From assembly GCA_017475605.1 (NCBI GenBank), contig JAFVFD010000004.1, forward strand, positions 60,001 through 92,000: a DNA stretch of 32,000 nt, written 5' to 3'. Below, in pieces: positions 1-10,156 of this stretch (position 1 is the stretch's first letter; the number at the start of each line of letters is the position of its first letter). A program made the position numbers and the translations under genes. A model generated the notes under the pieces. The model worked only from the letters and a program-made list of their open reading frames with translations. It made no database searches and was not told where the DNA came from. The DNA comes from Alphaproteobacteria bacterium. Lineage in GTDB: Bacteria > Pseudomonadota > Alphaproteobacteria > Rs-D84.

Positions 1-59
1 TCATGGCTGCGACGTTGTGCGGAACGAGCTTTACTTGTTTTACTTCTTGGCGTTGCCAT
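1..59 (-). CDS. rpmF: 50S ribosomal protein L32, N-terminal 19 codons (runs off window)
   Basis: The reverse complement of 59..1 reads ATG GCA ACG CCA AGA AGT AAA ACA AGT AAA GCT CGT TCC GCA CAA CGT CGC AGC CAT = MATPRSKTSKARSAQRRSH. This matches the L32 N-terminal signature MAVPxRKTSKxxxxxRRSH. An AAGGA Shine-Dalgarno lies about 7 nt upstream. Confidence 0.55.
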   Translation of the reverse strand, partial: MATPRSKTSKARSAQRRSH

Positions 60-122
60 TTTTCTATCCTTTTTTTACTGATTGCTATTCTATAAAATTA
101 TTATCCTTTTGCAAGGAAAACT

Positions 123-521
123 TTATGCCGATATCACCTGGGCCACAAACATACCATGATTGTGTAATAATCCTACCACCGGTGTAAAATCATCAAATCC
201 GATATAGAACTTGTAACCCGCTGCTTCTAAATTCTTTACCGTTTCCAATTTAAAATCAGCACTGGTGCCTGGATAATCATGTGGTTTACAAAAAACGCGT
301 TTTTTTATATTCGGCAATAAACCGTCTATAAATGCCTCTACCTTTTGTTGCCCCATTGCCCAGCGACCTGTGATAAAAACGATGGTAAAATCACGACCCA
401 ACGTCTCTAAAACACGCACCATATTCATATTTGGTTCGCCGAAACGGTCATAGTCTGCGATTGCCCATTTTTTAGCAACCACACCATCAATATCACAAAA
501 AATTGCTGGTATTTCGTTCAT
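123..521 (-). CDS. Small HAD-superfamily phosphatase (polynucleotide 3'-phosphatase-like), 132 aa
   Basis: HAD motifs appear in the expected order: motif I FCDIDGVV, motif II FITGR, a Lys in FCKP, and motif IV GFDDF. I chose the start at 521 (MNEIPAIF) because the upstream ATG at 551 lies inside the rpoC terminator hairpin, and AGGAAT precedes the ATG at 521. Confidence 0.6.
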   Translation of the reverse strand: MNEIPAIFCDIDGVVAKKWAIADYDRFGEPNMNMVRVLETLGRDFTIVFITGRWAMGQQKVEAFIDGLLPNIKKRVFCKPHDYPGTSADFKLETVKNLEAAGYKFYIGFDDFTPVVGLLHNHGMFVAQVISA

Positions 522-530
522 GGTATTCCT

Positions 531-561
531 AAAAATATGCCCGACCGACATGATCGGGCAT
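531..561 (-). terminator. Rho-independent terminator after rpoC
   Basis: On the minus strand, ATGCCCGA-(9 nt loop)-TCGGGCAT forms an 8 bp stem (plus 537-544 / 554-561). It is followed by ATTTTT, 18 nt past the rpoC stop. Confidence 0.6.
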
Positions 562-578
562 ATTTGTTTTTGTTAGTC

Positions 579-3500
579 CTAGATGTTCATTAATTGCTGC
601 TGTTCGCCACCTTCGCGCGCCAACTTTTCTGCCTTTTCTTCTTCTTTGGCAATTTGGCGTACACGACGAACATAGGCACCTGTTCCAATTGGTATCAAAC
701 GACCAACGATTAAGTTTTCATTGATACCGACCAATTTATCGGTTGAACCCGAAATCGCGGCATCGACCAAAACCTTGGTTGTCTGTTGGAACGATGCGTT
801 CGAAATAAATGAACGTGATGTGAGTGACGCACGTGTCAAACCGACCAAGACCTGTGATGCTTCGGCTACCTTGCCGCCATCGCGTGCGACACGCGCATTT
901 TCTTCTTCAAAGTCAACGCGGTCAACAACCTGGCCCATAAGGAATCCTGTATCACCCGGATTAGTGATTTCAACACGACGTGTCATTTCACGAATCAAAA
1001 TTTCAATATGCTTGTCGTTGATGGACACACCCTGCAGACGATAAACCTGTTGGACTTGTTCGACCATAAACTGTGCCAATTCTTTCTGGCCCAAGATACG
1101 CAAAATATCCTGAGGCACCGGATCACCATCGACCAATTTATCCGCCTTTCTTACGACATCACCGCTGCGCACCAACAAGTTTGTACCCTTGGCCACCGCA
1201 TATTCAACCGGTGCGGAACCATCTTCTGGTTCGATACGGATAATAATTTTCGATTTAGAATCTTCCAATTCAACCGTACCATCAATTTCAGCCAAAATAG
1301 CCGGGTTAGATGGACGACGAACTTCCAACAATTCTTCAACACGTGGCAGACCGCCCGTAATATCGCTTGTACGTTTGGTTTGAACCGGAATACGTGCCAA
1401 AATATCGCCAGCCGCAACTTTATCACCGTTGGACACATTCAGTACAGAATATGTTGGTAACATATATTCGGCGATTTTCTTGCCACCCAAGGAAATAACA
1501 TTACCCTTTTCGTCGACCAATGTGATTGCTGGGCTTAATGCCTTCTTGGTATTTGTTTTCCAGTTGATAACCTTGCGCGAAACAATACCGGTCATAGAAT
1601 CAACTTCTTCTTGGAACGAAACATTTTCAACCAAGTCTTTGAATTGCGCGATACCGTCTTTTTCGGCGATAATCGTGTTAGAATATGGATCCCATTCTGC
1701 GACCTTTTCGCCCTTTTCAACCATATCACCATCGTTCTTGATTAACATAGATGCGTATGGTAATGCGCAACTGAACAACGTTGCCCCCTTGTCGTCAACA
1801 ACCGCGACTTCGCCGTTACGGCTAAGCACGACAACACGACCCGCTGAATTTGTAATGGTGTTAACACCAACCAATTTCAGTTTTCCGGCAACCGGCATTT
1901 CAATAAAGTGGCTTTCGGCACCACCGGACGCAATACCACCAATGTGGAACGTACGCAACGTCAACTGGGTACCTGGTTCACCAATGGATTGACCCGCGAT
2001 AACACCAACCGCTTCGCCAACATGGACCAGCGCATTACGCGACAAATCCATACCATAACATTTCGCACACAAACCATCGCTGTGGCATGTAAGTACCGAA
2101 CGCACATCAACAGATGGCAAGCCTGAATCGTTAATTTTTGTTGCAGCGGCCTTGTTAATCAATTCGCCGGCCGGCACGATAACTTCGTGTGTGATTGGAT
2201 TGACAATATCATGTGCCGCGGTACGACCCAAAACAACATCACCCAATGGCACAGACAATGTAGAACCCTGATAAACCGGCTTTGCGGTAATAAAGTCAGT
2301 CGTTCCGCAATCGTGTTCTGTGATAACGGTGTTTTGTGCCAATTCAACCAAACGACGGGTAAGGTAACCAGCCTCGGCCGTTTTCAACGCGGTATCCGAC
2401 ATACCTTTACGCGCACCGTGGGTTGACGTAAAGTATTCCGCCATTGTCAAACCTTCTTTAAAGTTTGAAATAATTGGAACTTCAATAATAGAACCGTCTG
2501 GCTTCTGCATCATACCACGCATACCAGCAACCTGCTGAATCTGGCCCTTGGAACCACGCGCCTTGGACACAGCCATCATATAAATACTGTTCCAATTTTC
2601 GCCCGTTGTTTTACCCAATGCTTCATAAGCCTTGTCGCCCAATTCGTCGGTTGTTTTCTGCCACAAGTCAATCAATTTGTTATGACGTTCACCACCTGAC
2701 AGCAAACCGTTTTGATATTGCTTTTCGATTTCAGCCGCAGCCTTGTTAGCATTTGCAATCATTTCGCCTTTTTCCTTTGGAATGACAATATCGTCAAACC
2801 CGATGGAAATACCGGAACGCGCCGCCTGTTCAAAGCCTGTGTTTTTCAATGCGTCTGCCAACATAATCATAGCCTTGTCGCCACAACGTTCGTATGTGAT
2901 AGCCAACAATTTCTTGATTTCACCATGAGGCATAACTTTGTTCACCAAATCAAACGGCATTTTGTCAGACTTTGGCAACAATTCGCCCAAAATCATACGG
3001 CCAGCCGTCGTTTCATAACGTTTGCCATTGATACGCGCAACGATTGGTGTGTGTAATGTAATTGTCTTGTTTTCCAGGGCCAATTTCACTTCGTCCATGT
3101 TGGCAAAACGTGGTGATTTTTCATCTACATTGCCGTTCATCAACGAAATATAGAACACACCCAAAACCATGTCCTGGGACGGCACAATCATAGGTTCACC
3201 GTTCGCCGGCGACAAAACGTTATTTGATGATAACATCAATGTACGCGCTTCCAATTGTGCTTCTAATGAAATTGGAACGTGAACAGACATCTGGTCCCCG
3301 TCGAAGTCGGCGTTAAACCCTTTACATACCAATGGGTGTAAACGAATAGCTTTGCCTTCTATCAAGACTGGTTCAAATGCCAACAATGACAATCTGTGTA
3401 ATGTTGGTGCGCGGTTCAACAATACTGGGTGTTGATAAATAACCTTTTCCAAGATTTCCCAAACAATGTCTTCACCGTTTTCAACCATTTTACGTGCGGT

Positions 3501-4688
3501 CTTTAATGTGTTGGCATAATCCCCAGCCAACAGACGCGCAAACACGAATGGTTTGAACAATTCCAACGCCATCGCCTTTGGCAAACCAACCTGGTGCAAT
3601 TTCAATGATGGTCCCGAAACAATAACGCTGCGCCCAGAATAGTCCACACGTTTACCCAACATGTTCATACGGAAACGACCAGATTTACCGCGCAAAGAAT
3701 CAGACAATGATTTCAATGGACGGCGGTTCTGGGAAACCATTGGACGCGCCTTGTGTCCGTTATCGAACAATGAATCAACCGCTTCCTGTAACATACGTTT
3801 TTCGTTACGGATAATGATTTCAGGTGCATTCATTTCCTTGAAACGTTTTAAACGATTGTTACGAATAATAACACGACGGTACAAATCGTTCAAATCAGAT
3901 GCCGCAACATGTCCCGCATCCAATGTAACAAGCGGACGCATATCTGGTGGGATAACCGGGATAATATCCGGCAACATCCATGCTGGATCCGTTTTAGATT
4001 CCAAGAATGCTTCGACCAATTTTAATTGTTTTACAATAGCTTTGCGTTTCGCTTCAGATTTTGTTTCCGCCAATTCCGCGCGCAAACGTGTGCGTTCATC
4101 GCCCATATCTAAACCAGCGATAATGGAACGAACACCTTCGGCACCGATACCGACCTGGAATGCGTCGGCCCCAAATTCTTCAACGGCGGCCTGGTATTCA
4201 TCTTCGCTTATAACATCGTACTGTTTAAGGTTTGTTAAACCCGGTTCAATAACGATATACGCATCATAGGAAATAACCTGTTCCAATTTTTTCTGGGGCA
4301 GATTATTCAACAATGTAGCAATTTTACCTTCGCGTAAAAACCATGTGTGCGCGACCGGCATAGCCAATTTAATGTGTCCCATACGTTCACGACGAACAGA
4401 CGATGGCCCAACCTCGACCCCGCAACGTTCGCAGACAACACCGCGGAACTTGATTCTTTTATATTTACCGCATGCGCATTCATAATCTTTGACTGGACCA
4501 AAGATTTGCTGACAGAACAGACCTTCGGCTTCCGGTTTCAACGAATGATAGTTGATTGTTTCCGGCTTTTTCACTTCGCCATGCGACCATGACAAAATTT
4601 CTTCGGGTGATGCGATTGTAATGCGCAACGCATCAAACTGTTCCTTGGTTTCAATTTGTCCAAATATCTTCTGCAACATATTTGTCAT
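579..4688 (-). CDS. rpoC: DNA-directed RNA polymerase subunit beta'
   Basis: 1369 aa ORF with the zinc-binding CxCGKYK...CERCGVEV motif, the catalytic NADFDGDQM motif, and bridge-helix and trigger-loop regions. It sits immediately downstream of rpoB. Confidence 0.98.
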   Translation of the reverse strand: MTNMLQKIFGQIETKEQFDALRITIASPEEILSWSHGEVKKPETINYHSLKPEAEGLFCQQIFGPVKDYECACGKYKRIKFRGVVCERCGVEVGPSSVRRERMGHIKLAMPVAHTWFLREGKIATLLNNLPQKKLEQVISYDAYIVIEPGLTNLKQYDVISEDEYQAAVEEFGADAFQVGIGAEGVRSIIAGLDMGDERTRLRAELAETKSEAKRKAIVKQLKLVEAFLESKTDPAWMLPDIIPVIPPDMRPLVTLDAGHVAASDLNDLYRRVIIRNNRLKRFKEMNAPEIIIRNEKRMLQEAVDSLFDNGHKARPMVSQNRRPLKSLSDSLRGKSGRFRMNMLGKRVDYSGRSVIVSGPSLKLHQVGLPKAMALELFKPFVFARLLAGDYANTLKTARKMVENGEDIVWEILEKVIYQHPVLLNRAPTLHRLSLLAFEPVLIEGKAIRLHPLVCKGFNADFDGDQMSVHVPISLEAQLEARTLMLSSNNVLSPANGEPMIVPSQDMVLGVFYISLMNGNVDEKSPRFANMDEVKLALENKTITLHTPIVARINGKRYETTAGRMILGELLPKSDKMPFDLVNKVMPHGEIKKLLAITYERCGDKAMIMLADALKNTGFEQAARSGISIGFDDIVIPKEKGEMIANANKAAAEIEKQYQNGLLSGGERHNKLIDLWQKTTDELGDKAYEALGKTTGENWNSIYMMAVSKARGSKGQIQQVAGMRGMMQKPDGSIIEVPIISNFKEGLTMAEYFTSTHGARKGMSDTALKTAEAGYLTRRLVELAQNTVITEHDCGTTDFITAKPVYQGSTLSVPLGDVVLGRTAAHDIVNPITHEVIVPAGELINKAAATKINDSGLPSVDVRSVLTCHSDGLCAKCYGMDLSRNALVHVGEAVGVIAGQSIGEPGTQLTLRTFHIGGIASGGAESHFIEMPVAGKLKLVGVNTITNSAGRVVVLSRNGEVAVVDDKGATLFSCALPYASMLIKNDGDMVEKGEKVAEWDPYSNTIIAEKDGIAQFKDLVENVSFQEEVDSMTGIVSRKVINWKTNTKKALSPAITLVDEKGNVISLGGKKIAEYMLPTYSVLNVSNGDKVAAGDILARIPVQTKRTSDITGGLPRVEELLEVRRPSNPAILAEIDGTVELEDSKSKIIIRIEPEDGSAPVEYAVAKGTNLLVRSGDVVRKADKLVDGDPVPQDILRILGQKELAQFMVEQVQQVYRLQGVSINDKHIEILIREMTRRVEITNPGDTGFLMGQVVDRVDFEEENARVARDGGKVAEASQVLVGLTRASLTSRSFISNASFQQTTKVLVDAAISGSTDKLVGINENLIVGRLIPIGTGAYVRRVRQIAKEEEKAEKLAREGGEQQQLMNI

Positions 4689-4771
4689 ATTTTTTTGCTC
4701 CTTGAGTAATTAGTGGTTAGTGTTAGTGGTTGTTGCCGGTGGGAAAACCACCGACAAACTAATACCGCCCA

Positions 4772-7700
4772 CTAATCAATTTTCTTTGGTGTCATCGCCA
4801 ATCCCAAACCACGCAGTTCGCGAACAAACACGTTGAACGCTTCTGGGGTTCCGGTTTGAATATCTGTTGATCCCGATATGATAGATTCGTACATCTTGTT
4901 ACGACCAGCAATATCGTCAGATTTCACAGTAAGCATTTCGCGCAACAGGTGCGCCGCACCATGTGCTTCCAATGCCCACACTTCCATTTCACCAAGTCTC
5001 TGGCCACCCATGTGCGCCTTACCTGACAATGGCTGTTGTGTAACCAATGAATAGTTACCGATGGAACGTGCGTGAATCTTTTCATCAACAAAGTGATGCA
5101 ATTTCATCATGTACATAACACCAACTGTTACCGGACGCGAGAACTTTTCACCCGTCATACCGTCATACAGGTTAAATTGACCTGTTTCCGGCAATCCAGC
5201 CAGTTTCAGCATGTTATGAATATCGTCTGATGTCGCACCGTCAAATGTCGGTGTTGCCATTGGGACACCTTCACGCAACAATGCCGCTTCTGCGCGAACA
5301 TCTGTGTCGGTCATCTTTTCCAATTTTTCAGCTATTTCTTTGCCATAGATTTTGCCCATGATGGAACGCAAATCATCGGTAACAGCACGTTTGGCCTTTA
5401 CTTCGTCCAAGACCTTGCCAATTTGCTGACCCAATGTACGCGCCGCCATCCCAAGGTGGGTTTCCAAAATCTGACCGATGTTCATACGGCTTGGCACACC
5501 CAACGGGTTCAAAACGATATCAACCGGGGTTCCATCTTCCATATAAGGCATATTTTCGATTGGAACGACGGTGGAAACGATACCCTTGTTTCCATGACGA
5601 CCCGCCATTTTATCACCAGGCTGTAATTTCATCTTGTGTGCAATATAGACTTTTACTTCTTTTAACACACCTGCGCTTAATGAATTGCTTTCTGTTGCCT
5701 TGGCAATTTCTGCATCGGCACGATCATTCAATTCTTTCAACTTGATAACATGTTGTTCGCGCAGTTCGTCAATTTTTGCCTGATGTTCTTTGTTCTTTAC
5801 AACCAACTTTTTAACATCAGATGCACGGATGCCTTCGAACACTTCTGCGGTTAACTTTTTACCAATAAATGGTTTCAAAGACCCCGTACCACCATCGATG
5901 ATATCGTTTTCTGCGATTTGGAAAATCTGATCTGCAAAGCCCTTTTCAATGATAGATGTTTCTTCATCGCGGTCTTTGTTAATCTTTTCGATTTTCTGTA
6001 ATTCAATCATCTGGGTACGTTCGTCTTTCTTGACCCCATGACGAGTAAGAACATTTACACCAATAACTGTTCCTTCTTCGTTTGGACCAACGCGCAACGA
6101 TGTATCTTTTACATTCAATGCCTTTTCACCAAAGATATTGCGCAACAACGCTTCTTCTGGTGTCAACAATGTTTCAGATTTCGGCGAAACACGACCAACC
6201 AAAATGTCGCCCTGTTTCACGCGCGCACCGACATAAATGATACCAGATTCGTCCAGATTCTTTAATGCTTCTTCGCTAACATTTGGAATGTCGCGTGTGA
6301 AACTTTCTGGCCCCAGTTGCGTATCACGTACCTTGAATTCTTTTTCAACAATCTTGATAGATGTGAATGCGTCATCACGTGAAATACGTTCGGAAATCAC
6401 AATAGCGTCTTCATAGTTGTATCCGCGCCATGGCAAGAAAGCAACCAACACATTGCGCCCCAACGCCAATTCACCATAGTTCATTGACGAACCGTCCGCG
6501 ATAATATCGCCGGCGGAAATACGATCGCCAACCTTGACCAATGGTTTTTGGTGGATAAGTGTTTCACTGTTGCTGCGTTCAAACTTTTCCAAATTGTAAA
6601 TATCAACACCGGTTACAACGTTACGGCTGTTCATACATTTAACAACGATACGGTTTGCATCAACAGATTCAACAACACCACTGTGTTTTGCAACCTTACC
6701 GGTGCGGGAATCACGCGCAACTTCGCGTTCAATACCGGTTCCGACCAATGGTGCCTGGACACGCATTAATGGAACACCCTGACGTTGCATGTTTGAACCC
6801 ATCAACGCACGGTTAGCGTCGTCGTTTTCAACGAATGGAATTAACCCTGTCGCGATGGACACCACCTGACGTGGTGCAACGTCAATAAGGTCAATTTCTT
6901 CTTTTGGAATCATGGTAAATTCGCCATCAACACGACCCGTAACCATATCATCAGTCAAAACACCCTTGTCATTTGTCGGGGTATTACCCTGGGCAATTTT
7001 GTGGCCCAATTCTTCATCCGCAGTTAAATAAACCATTTTATCTGTAACGCGGCTGTTTTCGACAACATAGTATGGTGTTTCAATAAACCCATATGGATTC
7101 ACGCGCGCATATGTCGCCATGTGTGAAATCAAACCAATGTTCGCACCTTCTGGGGTGTGAATTGGGCAAAGACGACCATAGTGTGTCGGGTGAACGTCGC
7201 GGACATCGATGCCGGCACGTTCGCGGTTTAACCCACCCGGACCCAACGCGGAAATCAAACGTTTGTGTTCCAATTCAGACAATGGATTATACGCATCCAT
7301 AAATTGAGACAACTGTGATGTCCCAAGGAATTCGGAAACCAAACTCATCAACGGTTTAACATTGATAACATCTTGTGGTTGCATTGTCGCGATGTTCGGG
7401 CTGCTTAATGCTTCGCGGACAAGACGTTCAATACGCAACATACCCGTACGGAAATTTTGTTCCAACAATTCACCAACCGCACGAACACGACGATTTGACA
7501 AGTTATCAATATCATCAATTGTATCTTTGTGGTCAATGATATTTGTTAATGTTTTCAATACCGCCAAGAAATCAGCCTTGGTCAACAAACGGTCATCTTC
7601 TGGACGTTTGCCAGAATCAATTTTCAAACGTTTGTTCATCTTAAAACGACCAACCGCCGACAAATCGTAATATGCCGGATCAAAACCTTGACGTTGGAAA

Positions 7701-8908
7701 AGGTTGATTGCCGCTTCCAGTGTCGGACGTTCGCCCGGACGGATAATGTTATATATTTCAATCAACGCTTCTTCACGATTTGTTGTCTTATCCGCAAACA
7801 ATGTATTACGCATATGTGCGGTAATCGTTGTGTTATCAATGGAAATCAACGAAATTTCTTTGACACCCAATTTATCCAAATCAGACAAGATTTCATCTGT
7901 GATTTCTGTACCTGCGGTATACAAAACTTCATCGCCGTTCATAATTGGATCGAACAAATATTCGCCAACCAATGCTTCTGGTAAAATACCAAATGTTTTT
8001 GATGTGGCGGCGATTTTTGATAAACGTTTTGCGGTCAATCTGTCGCCCTTGGATGCCAATGGCTTTTTATCTTTTGGATTAATCAAATCGTAATTCAAAC
8101 GATATTTATCCAAACCTTCGAACGCAGATGTATCACCAATCCACATTTTGCCATCGAACTTTAACGCGATGCGTTTATAGAATGCCGACAACATTTCAGC
8201 ATCAGACATACCGCGAATATTTTGTTTACGTGGATCCGCCGCCCATTTCTTTTCATCTTCGGCCGCCGGCAGACAACGCAACAACACCGTCGCCGGAATC
8301 TTGCGACGACGATCGATACGAACATAAATAATACCCTTGGCTTCTTCAAAATCAATCCAAGAGCCATGTTCTGGAATGATACGCGCCGTATATGTTATTG
8401 GATTGCCCGCAACCTTGGCTTCTTTTGTTGTTGCAAAGACAACACCTTGGGCACGATGCATCTGGGAAACAATAACACGTTCAACCCCAGACGCAATAAA
8501 ACTGCCGCGTTCTGTCATTAACGGCACTTCGCCCATAAATATTTCTTGTTCTTTGATATCGCGCAAAGTCTTCTTGCCGTCTTCGGCGATGTCCCAAAGA
8601 ATTAATCTTAATTTCAATTTCAATTTGCTGGAATATGTCATATTACGCAGCATGCATTCCTTGACGTTATACACCGGTTTATCCAATGTGTATTCAACGA
8701 ATTCAAGGTCAGCAATCCCCGCATAATCTTTGATTGGGAACATGGACGAAAATACGTTCTGTAATCCCATATTTTTACGATTTTGCGGTTCTACATCCGC
8801 CTGTAAAAAGTCTTTATAGGAATTATATTGAATTTCGACTAAATCAGGAAGCGGAGTTTGCAAAAAACTTTTACCAAAAGATTTTCTAAATTTCTGGATA
8901 ACGGCCAT
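4772..8908 (-). CDS. rpoB: DNA-directed RNA polymerase subunit beta
   Basis: 1378 aa ORF with typical beta-subunit blocks (SQLSQFMD rifampicin region, GRHGNKGI, NPLGVPSRMN, MEVWALEAHGAA). It lies in canonical position between rplL and rpoC. Confidence 0.98.
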   Translation of the reverse strand: MAVIQKFRKSFGKSFLQTPLPDLVEIQYNSYKDFLQADVEPQNRKNMGLQNVFSSMFPIKDYAGIADLEFVEYTLDKPVYNVKECMLRNMTYSSKLKLKLRLILWDIAEDGKKTLRDIKEQEIFMGEVPLMTERGSFIASGVERVIVSQMHRAQGVVFATTKEAKVAGNPITYTARIIPEHGSWIDFEEAKGIIYVRIDRRRKIPATVLLRCLPAAEDEKKWAADPRKQNIRGMSDAEMLSAFYKRIALKFDGKMWIGDTSAFEGLDKYRLNYDLINPKDKKPLASKGDRLTAKRLSKIAATSKTFGILPEALVGEYLFDPIMNGDEVLYTAGTEITDEILSDLDKLGVKEISLISIDNTTITAHMRNTLFADKTTNREEALIEIYNIIRPGERPTLEAAINLFQRQGFDPAYYDLSAVGRFKMNKRLKIDSGKRPEDDRLLTKADFLAVLKTLTNIIDHKDTIDDIDNLSNRRVRAVGELLEQNFRTGMLRIERLVREALSSPNIATMQPQDVINVKPLMSLVSEFLGTSQLSQFMDAYNPLSELEHKRLISALGPGGLNRERAGIDVRDVHPTHYGRLCPIHTPEGANIGLISHMATYARVNPYGFIETPYYVVENSRVTDKMVYLTADEELGHKIAQGNTPTNDKGVLTDDMVTGRVDGEFTMIPKEEIDLIDVAPRQVVSIATGLIPFVENDDANRALMGSNMQRQGVPLMRVQAPLVGTGIEREVARDSRTGKVAKHSGVVESVDANRIVVKCMNSRNVVTGVDIYNLEKFERSNSETLIHQKPLVKVGDRISAGDIIADGSSMNYGELALGRNVLVAFLPWRGYNYEDAIVISERISRDDAFTSIKIVEKEFKVRDTQLGPESFTRDIPNVSEEALKNLDESGIIYVGARVKQGDILVGRVSPKSETLLTPEEALLRNIFGEKALNVKDTSLRVGPNEEGTVIGVNVLTRHGVKKDERTQMIELQKIEKINKDRDEETSIIEKGFADQIFQIAENDIIDGGTGSLKPFIGKKLTAEVFEGIRASDVKKLVVKNKEHQAKIDELREQHVIKLKELNDRADAEIAKATESNSLSAGVLKEVKVYIAHKMKLQPGDKMAGRHGNKGIVSTVVPIENMPYMEDGTPVDIVLNPLGVPSRMNIGQILETHLGMAARTLGQQIGKVLDEVKAKRAVTDDLRSIMGKIYGKEIAEKLEKMTDTDVRAEAALLREGVPMATPTFDGATSDDIHNMLKLAGLPETGQFNLYDGMTGEKFSRPVTVGVMYMMKLHHFVDEKIHARSIGNYSLVTQQPLSGKAHMGGQRLGEMEVWALEAHGAAHLLREMLTVKSDDIAGRNKMYESIISGSTDIQTGTPEAFNVFVRELRGLGLAMTPKKID

Positions 8909-8976
8909 GGGTTTCTATCCTTTTTATTTTTGCGTTTTGCAAACGAAACTATTTGTTTTATTAATTACGCCTTTTG

Positions 8977-9006
8977 GCCCACCACCAGATTTCATCTGGG
9001 GTGGGC
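8977..9006 (-). promoter_or_regulatory. Stable stem-loop in the rplL-rpoB spacer (possible attenuator or RNA processing site)
   Basis: GCCCACCACCAGAT-TTC-ATCTGGGGTGGGC forms 13 bp with one bulged A. No U-tract follows on the transcribed (minus) strand, so it is not a canonical terminator. Confidence 0.35.
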
Positions 9007-9073
9007 ATTGGGCGACCGACACAATTGCGCCGGATTTGTTTGAACACGAATTCGCGTGCCCGCGATTTATTGA

Positions 9074-9442
9074 TTATTTCAAATCAACTTTTGCACCAGC
9101 TGCTTCTAATGTCGCTTTCATTTTTTCAGCTTCATCTTTGGCAACTGCTTCTTTCACTGCCTTTGGTGCAGATTCGACCAAAGCTTTCGCTTCTGTTAAG
9201 CCCAAACCAGTGATATCTTTTACAGCTTTGATAACAGCCAATTTGTTTGCACCAACGTCGCTCAAAACAACGTCGAATTCTGTCTTTTCTTCGGCTGCTG
9301 CACCTGCTGCTGGGCCTGCTGCAACTGCGACTGCTGCTGCGGCACTAACGCCCCATGTTTCTTCCAATGCTTTGGACAATTCAACTGCTTCCAAAACACT
9401 CAATTTTGACAATTCTTCAACTAATTTCTGAATGTCTGCCAT
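9074..9442 (-). CDS. rplL: 50S ribosomal protein L7/L12
   Basis: 122 aa with an Ala/Gly/Pro hinge ([23 protein letters not shown]) and a conserved C-terminal domain ([24 protein letters not shown]). Confidence 0.97.
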   Translation of the reverse strand: MADIQKLVEELSKLSVLEAVELSKALEETWGVSAAAAVAVAAGPAAGAAAEEKTEFDVVLSDVGANKLAVIKAVKDITGLGLTEAKALVESAPKAVKEAVAKDEAEKMKATLEAAGAKVDLK

Positions 9443-9484
9443 TTTTTTACTCCTTAGTAAATCAGAATGTTTCCATTCCGGTTC

Positions 9485-9964
9485 TTATTGATTCTTTTTT
9501 CCATACTCTGCTGAAACGCGGGCCAGGCGCGATGCTGGTTCGACCAAAATACGCGCAATAGTTCCACGAATTTCCAACAGGGAAGGAAGCTTGGATAATT
9601 GCACAATGCCGTCTTTGTCCAAGACGTCTGCATCCATCTTACCACCAATGATGTTAAGGTTGGCATGTTCATCTGCGAACTTGGCCAAAACCTTGGTAAC
9701 CGCCAACGCATCGGTTGCAACCGCGACCGCTGTTGGACGTTTCATCATATCGGATACAGCTTCGAAATTAGTGTCTTTCAACGCCAATTTCATCAAACGG
9801 TTTTTGACAACTTTGAAAACCGAAACCAATGGACGTAATTCATTACGCAAGGCTTCAAATTCTTTCACTGTCAAACCATTGTTTTCAACAACGAAAACAC
9901 CGTTTGCTTCTTGAAGCGACGACTGCAACGCTGAAATCAAATCTGATTTTTCTTCGCGTCTCAT
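9485..9964 (-). CDS. rplJ: 50S ribosomal protein L10
   Basis: 159 aa, located directly upstream of rplL. The N-terminal pattern (KSDLISALQSSLQEANGVFVVENNGLTVKEFEALR) is typical of L10. Confidence 0.95.
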   Translation of the reverse strand: MRREEKSDLISALQSSLQEANGVFVVENNGLTVKEFEALRNELRPLVSVFKVVKNRLMKLALKDTNFEAVSDMMKRPTAVAVATDALAVTKVLAKFADEHANLNIIGGKMDADVLDKDGIVQLSKLPSLLEIRGTIARILVEPASRLARVSAEYGKKNQ

Positions 9965-10156
9965 CTTATACCCTTACTTCTTCGTTTTGTTCAACTTTCC
10001 ACCGGACTTTCATCCAGATGGGGCTCTTGGTTCCTGCCCCAAAGAATTGTTCTTTGTCTATGATGGCAATTAAGCCGCGATTTCGGCGCGACACCATCAG
10101 TCTTGGACAGAAATCTCGTTTTTGCTTTGGATGATACAATCACCCAAAGCAAATTA
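9965..10156 (-). promoter_or_regulatory. Untranslated rplA-rplJ spacer, candidate L10 autoregulatory leader
   Basis: A 192 nt non-coding spacer with several hairpins, for example TGCTTTGG...CCAAAGCA (8 bp) and GGGGC...GCCCC. L10-(L12)4 feedback at the rplJ leader is known in other bacteria. I could not verify the leader fold here. Confidence 0.3.

Noticed and set aside
721-4592. Many plus-strand ORFs of 60-200 aa inside rpoC (for example 1429..1992, 2712..3056, 3661..4269)
   Set aside because: They are antisense shadow ORFs within a strongly supported, full-length rpoC. Their translations are low-complexity or Arg/Ser/Thr-rich with no recognisable motifs or ribosome-binding sites.
4689-4771. 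CACTAA x3 tandem hexamers, an inverted TTAGTGG copy, and a CGGTGG/CCACCG hairpin in the rpoB-rpoC spacer
   Set aside because: They are real but short. This looks like an ordinary CA-rich unstructured leader plus a small hairpin ahead of the rpoC Shine-Dalgarno (AAGGAG). There is no evidence of a mobile repeat or an RNA gene.
5423-9431. Plus-strand ORFs inside rpoB and across rplL (for example 7704..8093, 8337..8726, 8907..9431)
   Set aside because: They are antisense to well-supported conserved genes. The 8907..9431 product is an Ala/Ser-rich mirror of the L7/L12 hinge region.
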